Shown here: piece by piece, positions 1-11,153 of the stretch
Numbering within the stretch: position 1 is the first letter of the stretch
How the letters are laid out: every line of letters starts with the position of its first letter
Source of the DNA: a virus
DNA: 64,000 nucleotides
Strand: one strand, 5' to 3'
Virus record (IMG/VR): IMGVR_UViG_3300025127_000013
Coordinates: 32,001-96,000 of that record
Notes under the pieces: model-generated
Seen by the model: the letters and a program-made list of their open reading frames with translations, nothing else
Database searches by the model: none
Told to the model about the DNA's origin: nothing
Position numbers and translations under genes: made by a program

Positions 1-348
1 GCAGGTGAACCAATTCGTAATTGGCTTCATTCTGCAGATACTGCAAGGGCTGTAACAACAATCATTGAGTCTGGCAAAGTAAATGAGATTTACAATGTTG
101 CAGGTGGTTTTGAACAAAAGAATTATGATACAGTCTGTAAAGTTATAAAATCATATTTTGATAGACCATTACAATCTGATTTAGACATTTCTGAATATAT
201 TGATTTAGAGCATGTCCGCCCCGGACAAGATGTGCGGTATGCTCTAAATGATGATAAGCTTCGTGCTCTTGGGTGGAAACCTGAGAGAACATTTGATGAA
301 GAAATAAATAGCATTGTTAGCTATTATAAAAATAATTTTAAGTGGTAA
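1..348 (+). CDS. dTDP-glucose 4,6-dehydratase / NAD-dependent epimerase, C-terminal part (5' truncated)
   Basis: Frame 1 reads AGEPIRNWLHSADTARAV...GKVNEIYNVAGG...RPGQDVRYALNDDKLRALGWKP...W*. This matches the RmlB C-terminal motifs (RDWLxV, GExYNIGG, RPGHDxRY, LGWxP). Confidence 0.85.
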   Translation, partial: AGEPIRNWLHSADTARAVTTIIESGKVNEIYNVAGGFEQKNYDTVCKVIKSYFDRPLQSDLDISEYIDLEHVRPGQDVRYALNDDKLRALGWKPERTFDEEINSIVSYYKNNFKW

Positions 349-368
349 AATATACCAAAGGAGAAAAA

Positions 369-578
369 ATGCAACTTTCAAATCAAGCACTTGGTGCAAT
401 CATGTTGGCTCTTCAAGAATCGCTACTTGAGCAAACCGACATCGTTCCTGTACTTAAAGGTTTTACACTTCAAGAGTCTGGCGAAGGGTTAATTATTACA
501 AACCCACCAACAGTTAGATTTACTGACAATACCGAAGTTACCAATCAAGATTTAGAAAACATGGTAGCTGATAAGTAA
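369..578 (+). CDS. hypothetical protein
   Basis: ORF with GGAG SD before the ATG at 369; its stop overlaps the next start. Confidence 0.7.
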   Translation: MQLSNQALGAIMLALQESLLEQTDIVPVLKGFTLQESGEGLIITNPPTVRFTDNTEVTNQDLENMVADK

Positions 579-847
579 TGCCAATATACAAGTATGAATG
601 CACTGCTTGTAATCAAATTAGTAAGTTCATGCATGCTTCAACAGAGATCATGCTGCATTGTAAAAAATGTGGCACTGAGAATTCGTTAGTTAAACAACTA
701 GCAAAACCTTTTGTAAATAAAGGTAATAAAACTTCCAACAAAGATTCTGAAGTTGGTGAGATAACCAAAAAATTTATCGAAGAAAACAGGAAAGTTTTAG
801 AAGAACAGAAAAAAGAGTATTCAAACAAACAATATGACAAATCTTGA
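578..847 (+). CDS. FmdB-family zinc-ribbon protein
   Basis: MPIYKYECTAC...CKKCG is the MPxYxYxCxxC...CxxCG signature. Confidence 0.8.
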   Translation: MPIYKYECTACNQISKFMHASTEIMLHCKKCGTENSLVKQLAKPFVNKGNKTSNKDSEVGEITKKFIEENRKVLEEQKKEYSNKQYDKS

Positions 848-1166
848 ATTAACACTCACAATAATATTAGCACTTTCTTTAATCGGTAATGTGGCACTGG
901 CTGTTTATGCTCGTGCTGCTATTGTTAGGTTATTAAGTGTTGCAGACGAATTGTATGATTTAAAAGATATGTCTGATTCTCTTCTTAGTCATCTGCAATC
1001 TGTATATGAGTTAGAGATGTTTTATGGTGATGAGACATTAGGTTCACTAATGAATCATGCAAGGTCTTACACTGATCAGTTTGAGACTTTTGAATATATC
1101 TACAACCTTATAGAAGATGAGAATGACAACAGAGACACCGAAGAGGAAGAGACGGAAACGTCGTAA
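834..1166 (+). CDS. hypothetical membrane protein
   Basis: N-terminal hydrophobic helix and acidic tail; overlaps both neighbours. Confidence 0.65.
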   Translation: MTNLELTLTIILALSLIGNVALAVYARAAIVRLLSVADELYDLKDMSDSLLSHLQSVYELEMFYGDETLGSLMNHARSYTDQFETFEYIYNLIEDENDNRDTEEEETETS

Positions 1167-1830
1167 GAATCATTATTTTACACAAGAACATGAAGATGCA
1201 ATCGTAAGATATGCACAAATTAATTGTATAAGAGAAAGAACAGAGCTTTATGTAAGATGGATTGAGCCAGCCTTTAATGAAATGGTTGATAAAATTGTCT
1301 TTACATATAAGTTTACTAATTTGCCAAACATAGATTTGCTGCGAGACGAGTGCAAAATTTGGCTAATGACGATTCTTGATAAATACGATCAAAGCAAGGG
1401 CTCGAAAGCATTTTCGTATTTTTCAGTTATCACTAAAAATTGGTTTATTCATAAAGTTAAAAAACAACAAAAACAAAATAGAACCGAAGTTAACATTGAC
1501 AACATAGCAAAAAACTATGAAGAAAAATATTTGTCAACTGAGGAGTCATATCTTTCTGAAAGAGAAAGAGATGAATTTTGGATTAAGTTTTATGAAGAAT
1601 TAAAATCTTGGGATACCAATAGCATGAAAGAAAATGATTTAAAAGTTTATAAAGCAATATGTGTTTTATTTGAATCAAAAGACGACATTGATATTTTTAA
1701 CAAGAAAGCTATTTATTTATACTTACGAGAGTTAACCGGCTTAAATACTAAGCAGGTTGTAAATTCTCTTAAAAAGTTTAAAACTAAATATTACAATTTT
1801 AGTGCTAACTGGAAGAACGGAAACATATGA
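1117..1830 (+). CDS. phage late-transcription sigma factor (T4 gp55-like)
   Basis: KYDQSKGSKAFSYFSVITKNWFIHKVKKQQK resembles sigma region 2 / gp55 (FDPxKxxNxFAYFTQI...KEKK); it sits upstream of the virion genes. Confidence 0.7.
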   Translation: MRMTTETPKRKRRKRRKNHYFTQEHEDAIVRYAQINCIRERTELYVRWIEPAFNEMVDKIVFTYKFTNLPNIDLLRDECKIWLMTILDKYDQSKGSKAFSYFSVITKNWFIHKVKKQQKQNRTEVNIDNIAKNYEEKYLSTEESYLSERERDEFWIKFYEELKSWDTNSMKENDLKVYKAICVLFESKDDIDIFNKKAIYLYLRELTGLNTKQVVNSLKKFKTKYYNFSANWKNGNI

Positions 1831-2129
1831 GTAATAAAGATCTGGATACATTAATGGCTGAAGCTCTCGGTAACATACGAAATGATCGTAAAGTCGCCCG
1901 GGAGTTTTTGAATGAGATAGCTAACATTATATCCACCGATCCAGATCAAAACAAGTATTTAAGCCCTGTTGCTGCCAAACACATTGAAACATTGCAGAGG
2001 TCAAATGAGCAGCTTGTTAAAATTATTTCAATCCAGTCTAAAAAGCCTGAAGCTGATTTTGAATTATCAGAAAATGATAAAGAAAATTTGTTTGATATGA
2101 TTCAAAACCAAGCCATGGAGGACAACTAA
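1827..2129 (+). CDS. hypothetical protein
   Basis: Helical 100 aa ORF, translationally coupled to both neighbours. Confidence 0.7.
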   Translation: MSNKDLDTLMAEALGNIRNDRKVAREFLNEIANIISTDPDQNKYLSPVAAKHIETLQRSNEQLVKIISIQSKKPEADFELSENDKENLFDMIQNQAMEDN

Positions 2130-3487
2130 TGGCATTTGGTGTTGATGACATTATAGATGCTACAGAAACCACTACAGGCGAAGCCGGCCTTGATATGTTG
2201 GCAGAAGCCGTAGCCAATTCTGGTATTGGCAAGAAAGATAAATTGGAAGGAAAAGACCAGTTTAATGCTGTTGTAATCTTTCCTGTCTTACCTGATGGTA
2301 GAACATTTTCTCCTACTTCGTTATCAGCAATGTTAGGAACTGATATTATATTTGGTGCTGATTCAAATCCAACTGATTCGGGCTTTACTGGCTACAGGGT
2401 TAGAATTACCGATGAGGACAATCCTCATGCCTTTTATCCAATGCCGTGTCCGATTGATGTAACCGCAGCCGGTGCACCATCTATAGCAAATAAAATAATT
2501 GGTGGAATGCACACAATGGCTCTTACTAACTCAGATATAAAGTTAGCACCGGGCGATAAAATTATTATAAAACTTAGAAAGCTAAATGGTAATTATGATT
2601 TGAAGTATGCTCACTTTGTTAGTCGCACTGGTAAAGATCAAGATTACTTTACCAAACAACAAAACAGAAGCTCACAAGAATCATGTCAAAAGCTTGGCGA
2701 TGTATTTTCTTTAGATGCAACATCATATTTAGCTGGCTCCCCGAATAAAGTAGTGCAATCAACTTATACTGGTTTAGGAGGAAGTGGACTTCAACTTATA
2801 AATGGTGAACTTCCTCCTAGCTTATTGGTGGAGCCAGATCCCAGATATACTGATTTTCCAAAAGGGTTTAAAATCTTAATTGACTGTAAAGCTGATTGGG
2901 ATAATTTAGCTAAAGCTTATACCGCGGTGTTTGGCAGAAAAATACAACCATCTGGACCTGCTTCTGGATTTCGTAGTTTATCAAGTCAAGTAGCCACATA
3001 TGGAAAGGCTAAATACACTGTAAATTCAGCCGGCCGTAGTGTTCGTGCTGCAGCCACACCCGGTGCGGGTAGACCTCCAACTCATGGTTTTGCCACTGCA
3101 GTAGATATAAATAGAGAAACACAACCCGGCGATACCGCAGTTGCAGCCAAAATACCAGCATTAAAGAAAAAACAAGATGAACTTAAAGCTGCTGGTATTA
3201 CAAGATCAATATCATACATATGGTTATTTTATAATGCTCCTGCTTTCAATTGGGGAAATCCTTCGTGGGCTCAAAAACCCGAAGCATCCACAGTTCTTGG
3301 GACACCATGTTCCGGCAAATGCGGTAGTAAGATTGAGCCATGGCACTGGGAGTGGAATAAGTGGTCTACTGTATTTTCAAATACCGTAAAAGTAGATAAG
3401 CCTCCTCCGGGTGTGTCAGATCCGTTCGCAACAAGCCCGCTTGACCCCGAATTGGATGAATTCGGTGAATCCGAGCAAGTCGTATAA
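2129..3487 (+). CDS. putative baseplate hub protein with C-terminal M15 (VanY/D,D-peptidase-like) domain
   Basis: SGFRSLSSQ...THGFATAVD...EPWHWEW matches the M15B motifs (SGxRS, SxHxxGxAxD, ExWH). Located at the start of the baseplate block. Confidence 0.7.
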   Translation: MAFGVDDIIDATETTTGEAGLDMLAEAVANSGIGKKDKLEGKDQFNAVVIFPVLPDGRTFSPTSLSAMLGTDIIFGADSNPTDSGFTGYRVRITDEDNPHAFYPMPCPIDVTAAGAPSIANKIIGGMHTMALTNSDIKLAPGDKIIIKLRKLNGNYDLKYAHFVSRTGKDQDYFTKQQNRSSQESCQKLGDVFSLDATSYLAGSPNKVVQSTYTGLGGSGLQLINGELPPSLLVEPDPRYTDFPKGFKILIDCKADWDNLAKAYTAVFGRKIQPSGPASGFRSLSSQVATYGKAKYTVNSAGRSVRAAATPGAGRPPTHGFATAVDINRETQPGDTAVAAKIPALKKKQDELKAAGITRSISYIWLFYNAPAFNWGNPSWAQKPEASTVLGTPCSGKCGSKIEPWHWEWNKWSTVFSNTVKVDKPPPGVSDPFATSPLDPELDEFGESEQVV

Positions 3488-3505
3488 GTTTCATTAGAGA
3501 GTTAA

Positions 3506-4648
3506 ATGTCTAAAAAGCAAGAAAAGATTTTTAAAAGGGTTAAAAAGAAAGCACAACGGCCCGAGTATATATCAAAATTAAAAAGTGATCTTAATAGAAC
3601 TGAAGAATTAGCTGAAGATGTAATTCAAAGTTCTGGTGCACCAACAGTTAATGATGCGATCAGAGAAGGCATTCCTGCAGATCTACCAGTTAATCCACCT
3701 CTTGAAACTTTGCAAGATAAAATTGATCTTGGTCAACCAATTCAATTTTCTGAAAATGGGATATTCCACACAGCTATTCCATTACAAACAATAAACTATA
3801 AAACCAAACCAAATGAAAAAGTTATTCAAAACGAAGGTTCGTATATTGTTTTAGGCACGGATGGTGACAAAGGAACTGAAAGTGGATATGGTGCTCTTGG
3901 TTCAAACAGGGCTAATTCAATAGATTTGGTCGTTGGTAGAATGTCCTCCGCCCGCAATGGAAAAGGACCAAAAGGCTCTGATACTTTGAAAGGTGCTTAT
4001 GTTGATGATTCATATTTTGCCGATGCGGCAAGAATCAACATTAGTCAATTGACTGATATTGATAAATCATTTGGATTATCTGAGACTAACACACCTCAGT
4101 CAGTTGCTCGTTCAGGAATTGGCATAAAAGCCGATGCAGTTAGAATTATTGGCAGAGAAGGAATTAAAATTGTAACAGGTAGAGCAGATGGCCCATCAGG
4201 TTTCGGTAGAAAAGGTGAGACTAATTCTTTAGGTGGCAAAATTGCTGAGTCTGCTCCAACGATTGATTTAATTGCAGGTAATAATACTGGTAATATTAAA
4301 GTTTGGGGAGGTTTGTTTCAACCTGTTGAAATGATACCAAATCTACAACCAGCAGTTAAAGGGTATATTACTCGTGATGCATTTAGAGATTTAGGCAACA
4401 TTGTTGATGAATTATGGTCTGCTGTTTATGCACTTACTCTTTCTCAAATTACATTTAACGGTGTTCTGGGTGCTGATCCATTTAGACCATGGGTGCCACC
4501 CGGTGCCGTAGCTGCAACAACTTCTCAAGTTTTATTTGTTATGAATTCTCTTTATCATACAAGGGTAAACAAAAATATGTGGGAATTCAACTACTTATAT
4601 CCGTTCGGCTATAAGTTTATTTGCAGTAGGAATGTCAACATAACATAG
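3506..4648 (+). CDS. putative baseplate spike / gp5 C-terminal-like protein
   Basis: Short beta-strand repeats (SGIGIKADAVRIIGREGIKIVTG); lies between the hub peptidase and gp25. Confidence 0.5.
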   Translation: MSKKQEKIFKRVKKKAQRPEYISKLKSDLNRTEELAEDVIQSSGAPTVNDAIREGIPADLPVNPPLETLQDKIDLGQPIQFSENGIFHTAIPLQTINYKTKPNEKVIQNEGSYIVLGTDGDKGTESGYGALGSNRANSIDLVVGRMSSARNGKGPKGSDTLKGAYVDDSYFADAARINISQLTDIDKSFGLSETNTPQSVARSGIGIKADAVRIIGREGIKIVTGRADGPSGFGRKGETNSLGGKIAESAPTIDLIAGNNTGNIKVWGGLFQPVEMIPNLQPAVKGYITRDAFRDLGNIVDELWSAVYALTLSQITFNGVLGADPFRPWVPPGAVAATTSQVLFVMNSLYHTRVNKNMWEFNYLYPFGYKFICSRNVNIT

Positions 4649-4655
4649 GTATAAA

Positions 4656-7600
4656 ATGGCAGAAGAAAAACCATATTCAAGTTCAACATTAGTTCCTGAA
4701 GCATCAGATCCACCAAGCTCTGGGGCTTCACCGTTTCTACCATATCAGGATCCTAACGGCGATGGTCTTCCTGATGTTTGTGATATTGAAGTTGTTCCGT
4801 CTCAGCAAGTTTGTAAAGATTGCATACCTAATCCAAATGCGATTGTAAAAGATTGGCGAAGGTCTGATCAGGATAGTCCATTTTTAAATGCAAAAATATG
4901 TAAATATCAGATTTGCTTTAACACACCAGAGACAACAACAGGTTTCGTTAATGGAATGTCAGAAGAAGAAGCAGATCGTGCCCTTAATGATTTGTATGAA
5001 AAGTATGCTGAGCCAGCACTTATAGCCTTATTGGAGGGTTTTCAGAAAGACACCGGTGCCGGAATAGTGTCTCAAGTTTTGCCGGCATTAGAATACACCG
5101 GCTATGATTTAGATACACGACCAAGCTCAAGACTAAAACTATTGTATTCTGTAAATTTTTCTCAAATATTTTCTTTACCAGATGAAGATTTGAGCGAAGA
5201 AGACGATCAAGCTGATTCAGAAGAAGATATAACAGTTACCTATGAAGCTTCTGATATGGTCACAACTAACATTAGAGTTAGAAAAGGTTTAAATCTTTAT
5301 GGAAGATTTTATAAAGTTGGCCGTGCTGTTGAAGGCAAAAAAATACGTGTTAAGGAAACAAACAAGCTTTTTGATTTTGAAAAATACGGTGATAGTGCAC
5401 TATTCACTGGAAAGTCTCCTGTTGGGGCATGTTTGCGAGACTTGGATGCATGGCTTAACAGCCGGGGTTATAATATAACTGGCATCGGAAATATATTTAA
5501 TGGTTTTGGCGATGATAAAGTTATAAAATTAGATTTTATATTCTCAGCAAAATATAAATTAAAAAAATTAAAAGTATATACCGAAGGTTGCGGTACAAAT
5601 AAGCCCGATGCTACCTATGGCCGCAAGAAACTTAAAGGACTAAATGCAAAAGATTCTTGGAAAGATCCAACTGCGGTGGCATATTTTGCTAAAATGAAAA
5701 GTATTGAACAAGACTTGAGTGCAAGAGTTCCAATGCCATTTGAAGAATTTGTTGTAAAGCACACATACCCGGAAGTATTAATTGATGCTTCCAGATCTGG
5801 AGGTGCAACATCAGAGCGAACTATAGCAAGCTGTGTGGGTGATGCACTAATAAACGATGCTAAAGAGCTTGGTCAAGATATATTTGATGATGTGTTTAGC
5901 TTGGCGGATGCAATTGCTTATAAATTTCACAAAAACTTATGTCAATCAGATCCAACTAAAGTTGATGAAGAGGCAATATTAAAAGGTCTTAACATCGGCG
6001 GCCCCGCGGGCCCAACATCTGATGTATATAGCATGGCTAAAAACCAAGCCCTTAAAGAAGTTAAATCACAAGACTCAGCCTTTGCTGAGCTATGTTTTAG
6101 GATGATATCTATTGGCACATCTGGAGTTGCATGTGGTCTATCACCATTGCAACAACTTGATCAGATGTATGCGGAAGGACTTGATAGGGCTGGCATATGT
6201 GGTCTTATGGATTTGTTTTTAGAAGCACTCCAGTGTTTATTTAAAGGCTTGACACTAGAAGAGGCACTTGCATCAATTGTTCGAGCAGCTTTAAATGCCA
6301 TGGGTGTAAGACAGATTGGTGAATTGTTCATTGGATTGCCACCCGAAAAACAAGTCGAACTAGAAAGAGTGGTAAATCAAAAACTAGAATCAGGCGATAT
6401 TTTTGCTGCAGGTTCACCCGGACAATCTACATCTGATATACTTGCTGGTAAACAAAATGCACCAGATCCTGTAATCCTTAAAAAGTTTAAAAATAAAAAG
6501 CCATGGGAAGATAAAGGCTATGTTGAAAGGGAAGAAAGAAATAAAAGATCTGATAACTACGGTAATATGGTTGCATCAAAAGCTCCCGGCCGCCCCGCTG
6601 ATGACAGTAGAGAAAGAAGAACTATTGGTCAAAAATTAGAATCACCTCTTGGTGATGATTATCAAACTAACAATGTAATTTTAAATGCTTACATTGAAGC
6701 AATTATGGAAGTTTATCAAGATAACTATCTTGAATTAATAGACTTTTTAAATAAGTTTCCCGGTGCTAAATTAATAACAAATGTCATTGCATTTATGGAT
6801 TGTCCAACACCACCTCTTTTCAACCCCGGATTTGATGACTTCTTTAAAAGTTTGCAGTTGCCATTCTGCAGAAGTATTGCAGCCCCTACTTTTCCAAGAT
6901 GGGAGAATCCATTTCTTTACATACCAAAACTCACAGATATACTGAAAGCTATTTTTGCTGCCCTTAAAAAATTAGTTCTTTGTATCATTATGAAGGTCAT
7001 TGTAACTATACTTTCTAAGGTGTGTGAAATTATTGGTGATGCTATTTGTAAAGCCATTGAGCTAGCTGGCAAGGTAACAGCCGGCTTACTCACAGGAAAT
7101 ACAGATCTGGCCGGTATTCTTAGAGAAACAATTTGCGGCCCGGATGCTTCAGATGAACAGATTAATGCTACCGCTCTAGATTTAATGGCTAATTTTGGGG
7201 TTGGCGGTGCTGCATTCTCCGATCCTGAAAGGACAACCGCATTCTTTGGAGATGTTATCAATAACTCGAATCGACAAGAGGGACTGCAACTTATGATTGA
7301 TGGCCCCAGTGATGATCAAATAAGAATTGCGGATACACTGCTGGAAGAAGAATATCAAGAATTCCGAGAGGCTTTACCCAACCGCTCTTCAATTAGATCA
7401 ATGTTTGAGGGTATATCAAATGTTGTGCCGGAAAGAAACAAAGATGAAATTAGGGCCGCTCTTGAAATGTCAGCCGATGAGCTTCTGCTACCAGCGAACC
7501 CTACCATTTGTGCAACTCCTGAAGATATTGAAAACTTTGAAAAGGTTAGATGCGATTTATTGGCTGGAAGAATGTCACCAGAACAGTGTAAAGCTCAATC

Positions 7601-10600
7601 TGACCGTGCTAGAGATCAATTGTTAGAGGATGCAAACGACATACAAAGAGTTATTAATGAAGGATTTGGTTCAGCACTTGAAAATGAAATGCCTCCTCTC
7701 TTTTCAGATCCGGGTTGTGAAAATGGATTACTGCCATTTGAACCTGAAGAATCAATAAAAACCGCAACAGGTGCTTTAAAAGGTGACATGGAAAGTCTAC
7801 AGATTGCTTTTACGGACGATATGCTCGGTAATGGTGGTTTGTTTGCTAGTGATGATGACTGGGGTATGATTAACATGATATTGTCAGATACATTTGCTAA
7901 TCCTTATACGGCACACCAAAGAAAAACTGCTAATAGTAGAAGGTTTGTAGATTTTTATCTTCCCGAAGAAGATGATGATGATGGCAATATTGCTAGTGAG
8001 AAAAAACAAAAAGGTGCATATCCACAATATGTTGCTGAGTGGTTAAAATATCAATTCCAAGGCTCTAACGAGGTGCTTGATTTAAAATCTTCGTTTATAG
8101 GTGGTTTTAAGGGTACAAACGATGTGCAAGAGTTGGAAGTAAATAGAATATCATTTTCCGATTTAGGATTTGAAGGCTTGTTTGATACTGATGTCAACTT
8201 AGTAGAGTTACAAGACTATGGATATAATGTAAATTATAATGTTAATTATGAAAAAGATTTAGTTGCAATAAGACGAGCCCCCCGTAAAAAAACTGCTGAT
8301 ATTACTATGAAGTTTAGAGATAATGCTAAGGGTTACAGGAGTGCTCCCAATGGTGAACCCTCGTATGGTTTTAATCTTAAAGCATATTATTCGGACATAC
8401 AAGAAGTGGATCGAGAAGACCGTCAAGGTTTCTTTAATATACCAAATGACAATATCAGAGTCGTAGTTGACGAAGCAGTGTTTGATGATGCTCAAACTAA
8501 TACATCCGATCTCGTTAAACTTAATCCAGACTTACCAGTTGTTACTGCTACTACCACCTTTGAAGCTGATGCCCTAGTTTATCAGAAGTATGAGTTTTTT
8601 GCTATCGACCCAACATTTGAAAATTTAGAAGTTGATAGAACTGAATTTTCTCAACTGTTTGACTCGTTTAGCGACTCAGTTAAAAGATATTCTCCACAAG
8701 TATATGCTCTTTCTGATATGACTGGAATAGGCCCGCAACAATGTAAGGCATTATACGATTCAAACAATACAAAACTTTTTAAAGAAATAGCAAAAGAAAT
8801 CGGTAACAATGAAGAAGCATGGCAATATGGTGCTGAATTTGATGGATTGATGGAAGAAGATTTTGATTACGGAGTCATTGTTGACGGTGAATTTGTTGAG
8901 TACAAAGATCATGAAGTTCAGGAATATGATGACGACGGAAATCGAGACGGAACACGATCAGTTAAAAATAGTGATTCGCTTCTAGGAGTATCCAGAGATG
9001 CTTATAAAAATAGGGATAATCCAGATAAAATCAGAGTCCATTACCTAAACCCTGCTCAATTTGGTAATTCGTATATGTCTCCTTCTCTTTATGTCAAGCC
9101 CCTAAAAAACAAGGGTTGGCTTGGAGCTGTTAATCTTATCTTTCCTGAGTATTCTCCATGTAAGCCAAGAGAAAATAATTTAATTTCATTTGATACAATT
9201 AAACAAAAAATTGATCAAGTATATCCAAGAATACCAGAGGACAAAAGACTTAAGAGTGATCCAGACTGTGTAACTGAAATGCCATTCAATAGAATATTGT
9301 CTAGACCCTCTCGTGCTGGCTTAGAAGCTTTGGTAACTGCCACCATTAGAATTTTCACGAGTGTAAGTTATATTAAAAGCATGCCAACTTTCTTAACATT
9401 TGCACCCAAGTTTGATCAAAATTACAGTAACATATATGCCTCATACATTATTGAACTTATTGAAGAATCATGTAAGGAAGCCGGAAGTAATTTCCTTAGT
9501 CCATTTAAGGATGATGAATTTTGGTATGCATTCTTAGAACAAGCAGTACAAGTTTACAGCAGAAGATTAGATGACGATTTAGATGATAGTATTACCCCAG
9601 AGACCGTCCCAGAACATGTAAGAGAGGCGATAGAAAAAATTAATGATATGCAAGAGAATTATAATTATCCATCCCGAGATGATTTCAAGGATGCACCCTC
9701 CGAAGAGAAAAGTCTTTTCCAATCACTTAAAAGCTTTAGAGAAGAAAAAAATCTTGAGGCTGTTCAGAGAATGGAAGAGCCTGCAAAGTTTATTCTGACA
9801 GAATTAGTAAGAGAACAACTTGAATTTGTCGGTGGTCTTTTTTCAACAAACATTAAAGAAGCTGGATTTACACCAAAAGTAATTAATAATGATTATTATC
9901 TTCTTGAAAAATTTGCTGCTGGTGCTAATGGTTTAGATTTGGCAAAAGCTATAAGCTTCGTTGATAGAGTCGATAATTCAGAATTAGAAAGTATAATAGA
10001 ATCAGAAGGCAGCGGTTATACAACTGGTGGTCTGTTCACATTACCAGATGGCACACCATATGTTGGTGACTATCATGTACATGTTGGTGCCGACGGCAAT
10101 CCAGTTTTCATGGTTGGAGAGTATCATGTTACCTCTGATCATGATGTTTTAATCCCGTATGCTAATAATCTTAAAGTTGGCTACAAAGACATCAACGGCA
10201 ATGTGCAAAATATCGGTGATATATCAAACTATAACGATGCTATCGATCCCGCTGGCAAAATGTTTTACATAAAGAAGTTTGTATCGATTAATGGTGTTCG
10301 TCAAAATGTCCAAACTGCTGAAAATACTATTAGATCAAGAGGTACGGCTAATATTTCAACCTACTATCCCGGCAGTATGCGAGTGGTTAGAGAGCCAACA
10401 AGCAGTAGAGTAGTTGGGATTGAAGGAGACTTAGGGGTACAACATGGGATAGAATTTGGAATCATTAATAATGGAAGCCAAGTAAAGATTACCGACGTAC
10501 TAATAAATGCTTTAGATTTGCCCGTAAATGAATTTGAAGGACCAAGAGCAAATAGTAAACTTCTGTTGTGTTTGGTGGATAATCTTAGAGATGATGTAAA

Positions 10601-11126
10601 ATTTAGAATGATAGTTGATTACATTTTTTCAATGAAAAAAGCACTTTCATTGAATGCCATTTACAACGATATTGGTTTGTTGCCGTCAGTTGGGGAATTC
10701 ACTGTTGAAAATAATGATTACAAGTCATCGACTCTTTCCAAAAAGCCCGGAGTGAGAGCCGATATCGGAACAGATGCGGACGGTAATAATCAGGTTGTAG
10801 TTAATGCCACTCCGGGCTGGGCCCATGAATCTGACAGGAATGGCTTCTTTGCAAGTCCTTTTTACAAAAAATGGGATGAGTGGGATCAAATCTTACTTAG
10901 AAAATCAACTAAAAGAATAAAAAAATTATTCAAACCGTATTATACAAAAAGAAAGTTTGAGGTGGAAGATGATACGGATGCCGGACCCGGCGAACAATTC
11001 TTAAGTATAACCAAATCTAGGTTTACTCCAGTGCCCGGCGGTAATAAACTTTCTTGGTTTAAAAGAAGAAAGCTTAAACCAAACCCGTTTGATAGCAATG
11101 GACAACTCTGCAAAAAACCCAATTAA
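4656..11126 (+). CDS. very large virion-associated protein (2156 aa)
   Basis: Uninterrupted ORF in the baseplate block; Cys-rich; DPNGDGLPDVCD motif; His-containing YVGDYHVH...MVGEYH motif. Confidence 0.7.
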   Translation: MAEEKPYSSSTLVPEASDPPSSGASPFLPYQDPNGDGLPDVCDIEVVPSQQVCKDCIPNPNAIVKDWRRSDQDSPFLNAKICKYQICFNTPETTTGFVNGMSEEEADRALNDLYEKYAEPALIALLEGFQKDTGAGIVSQVLPALEYTGYDLDTRPSSRLKLLYSVNFSQIFSLPDEDLSEEDDQADSEEDITVTYEASDMVTTNIRVRKGLNLYGRFYKVGRAVEGKKIRVKETNKLFDFEKYGDSALFTGKSPVGACLRDLDAWLNSRGYNITGIGNIFNGFGDDKVIKLDFIFSAKYKLKKLKVYTEGCGTNKPDATYGRKKLKGLNAKDSWKDPTAVAYFAKMKSIEQDLSARVPMPFEEFVVKHTYPEVLIDASRSGGATSERTIASCVGDALINDAKELGQDIFDDVFSLADAIAYKFHKNLCQSDPTKVDEEAILKGLNIGGPAGPTSDVYSMAKNQALKEVKSQDSAFAELCFRMISIGTSGVACGLSPLQQLDQMYAEGLDRAGICGLMDLFLEALQCLFKGLTLEEALASIVRAALNAMGVRQIGELFIGLPPEKQVELERVVNQKLESGDIFAAGSPGQSTSDILAGKQNAPDPVILKKFKNKKPWEDKGYVEREERNKRSDNYGNMVASKAPGRPADDSRERRTIGQKLESPLGDDYQTNNVILNAYIEAIMEVYQDNYLELIDFLNKFPGAKLITNVIAFMDCPTPPLFNPGFDDFFKSLQLPFCRSIAAPTFPRWENPFLYIPKLTDILKAIFAALKKLVLCIIMKVIVTILSKVCEIIGDAICKAIELAGKVTAGLLTGNTDLAGILRETICGPDASDEQINATALDLMANFGVGGAAFSDPERTTAFFGDVINNSNRQEGLQLMIDGPSDDQIRIADTLLEEEYQEFREALPNRSSIRSMFEGISNVVPERNKDEIRAALEMSADELLLPANPTICATPEDIENFEKVRCDLLAGRMSPEQCKAQSDRARDQLLEDANDIQRVINEGFGSALENEMPPLFSDPGCENGLLPFEPEESIKTATGALKGDMESLQIAFTDDMLGNGGLFASDDDWGMINMILSDTFANPYTAHQRKTANSRRFVDFYLPEEDDDDGNIASEKKQKGAYPQYVAEWLKYQFQGSNEVLDLKSSFIGGFKGTNDVQELEVNRISFSDLGFEGLFDTDVNLVELQDYGYNVNYNVNYEKDLVAIRRAPRKKTADITMKFRDNAKGYRSAPNGEPSYGFNLKAYYSDIQEVDREDRQGFFNIPNDNIRVVVDEAVFDDAQTNTSDLVKLNPDLPVVTATTTFEADALVYQKYEFFAIDPTFENLEVDRTEFSQLFDSFSDSVKRYSPQVYALSDMTGIGPQQCKALYDSNNTKLFKEIAKEIGNNEEAWQYGAEFDGLMEEDFDYGVIVDGEFVEYKDHEVQEYDDDGNRDGTRSVKNSDSLLGVSRDAYKNRDNPDKIRVHYLNPAQFGNSYMSPSLYVKPLKNKGWLGAVNLIFPEYSPCKPRENNLISFDTIKQKIDQVYPRIPEDKRLKSDPDCVTEMPFNRILSRPSRAGLEALVTATIRIFTSVSYIKSMPTFLTFAPKFDQNYSNIYASYIIELIEESCKEAGSNFLSPFKDDEFWYAFLEQAVQVYSRRLDDDLDDSITPETVPEHVREAIEKINDMQENYNYPSRDDFKDAPSEEKSLFQSLKSFREEKNLEAVQRMEEPAKFILTELVREQLEFVGGLFSTNIKEAGFTPKVINNDYYLLEKFAAGANGLDLAKAISFVDRVDNSELESIIESEGSGYTTGGLFTLPDGTPYVGDYHVHVGADGNPVFMVGEYHVTSDHDVLIPYANNLKVGYKDINGNVQNIGDISNYNDAIDPAGKMFYIKKFVSINGVRQNVQTAENTIRSRGTANISTYYPGSMRVVREPTSSRVVGIEGDLGVQHGIEFGIINNGSQVKITDVLINALDLPVNEFEGPRANSKLLLCLVDNLRDDVKFRMIVDYIFSMKKALSLNAIYNDIGLLPSVGEFTVENNDYKSSTLSKKPGVRADIGTDADGNNQVVVNATPGWAHESDRNGFFASPFYKKWDEWDQILLRKSTKRIKKLFKPYYTKRKFEVEDDTDAGPGEQFLSITKSRFTPVPGGNKLSWFKRRKLKPNPFDSNGQLCKKPN

Positions 11127-11153
11127 GTATATTTAGTACTGTAGGATAACAAT

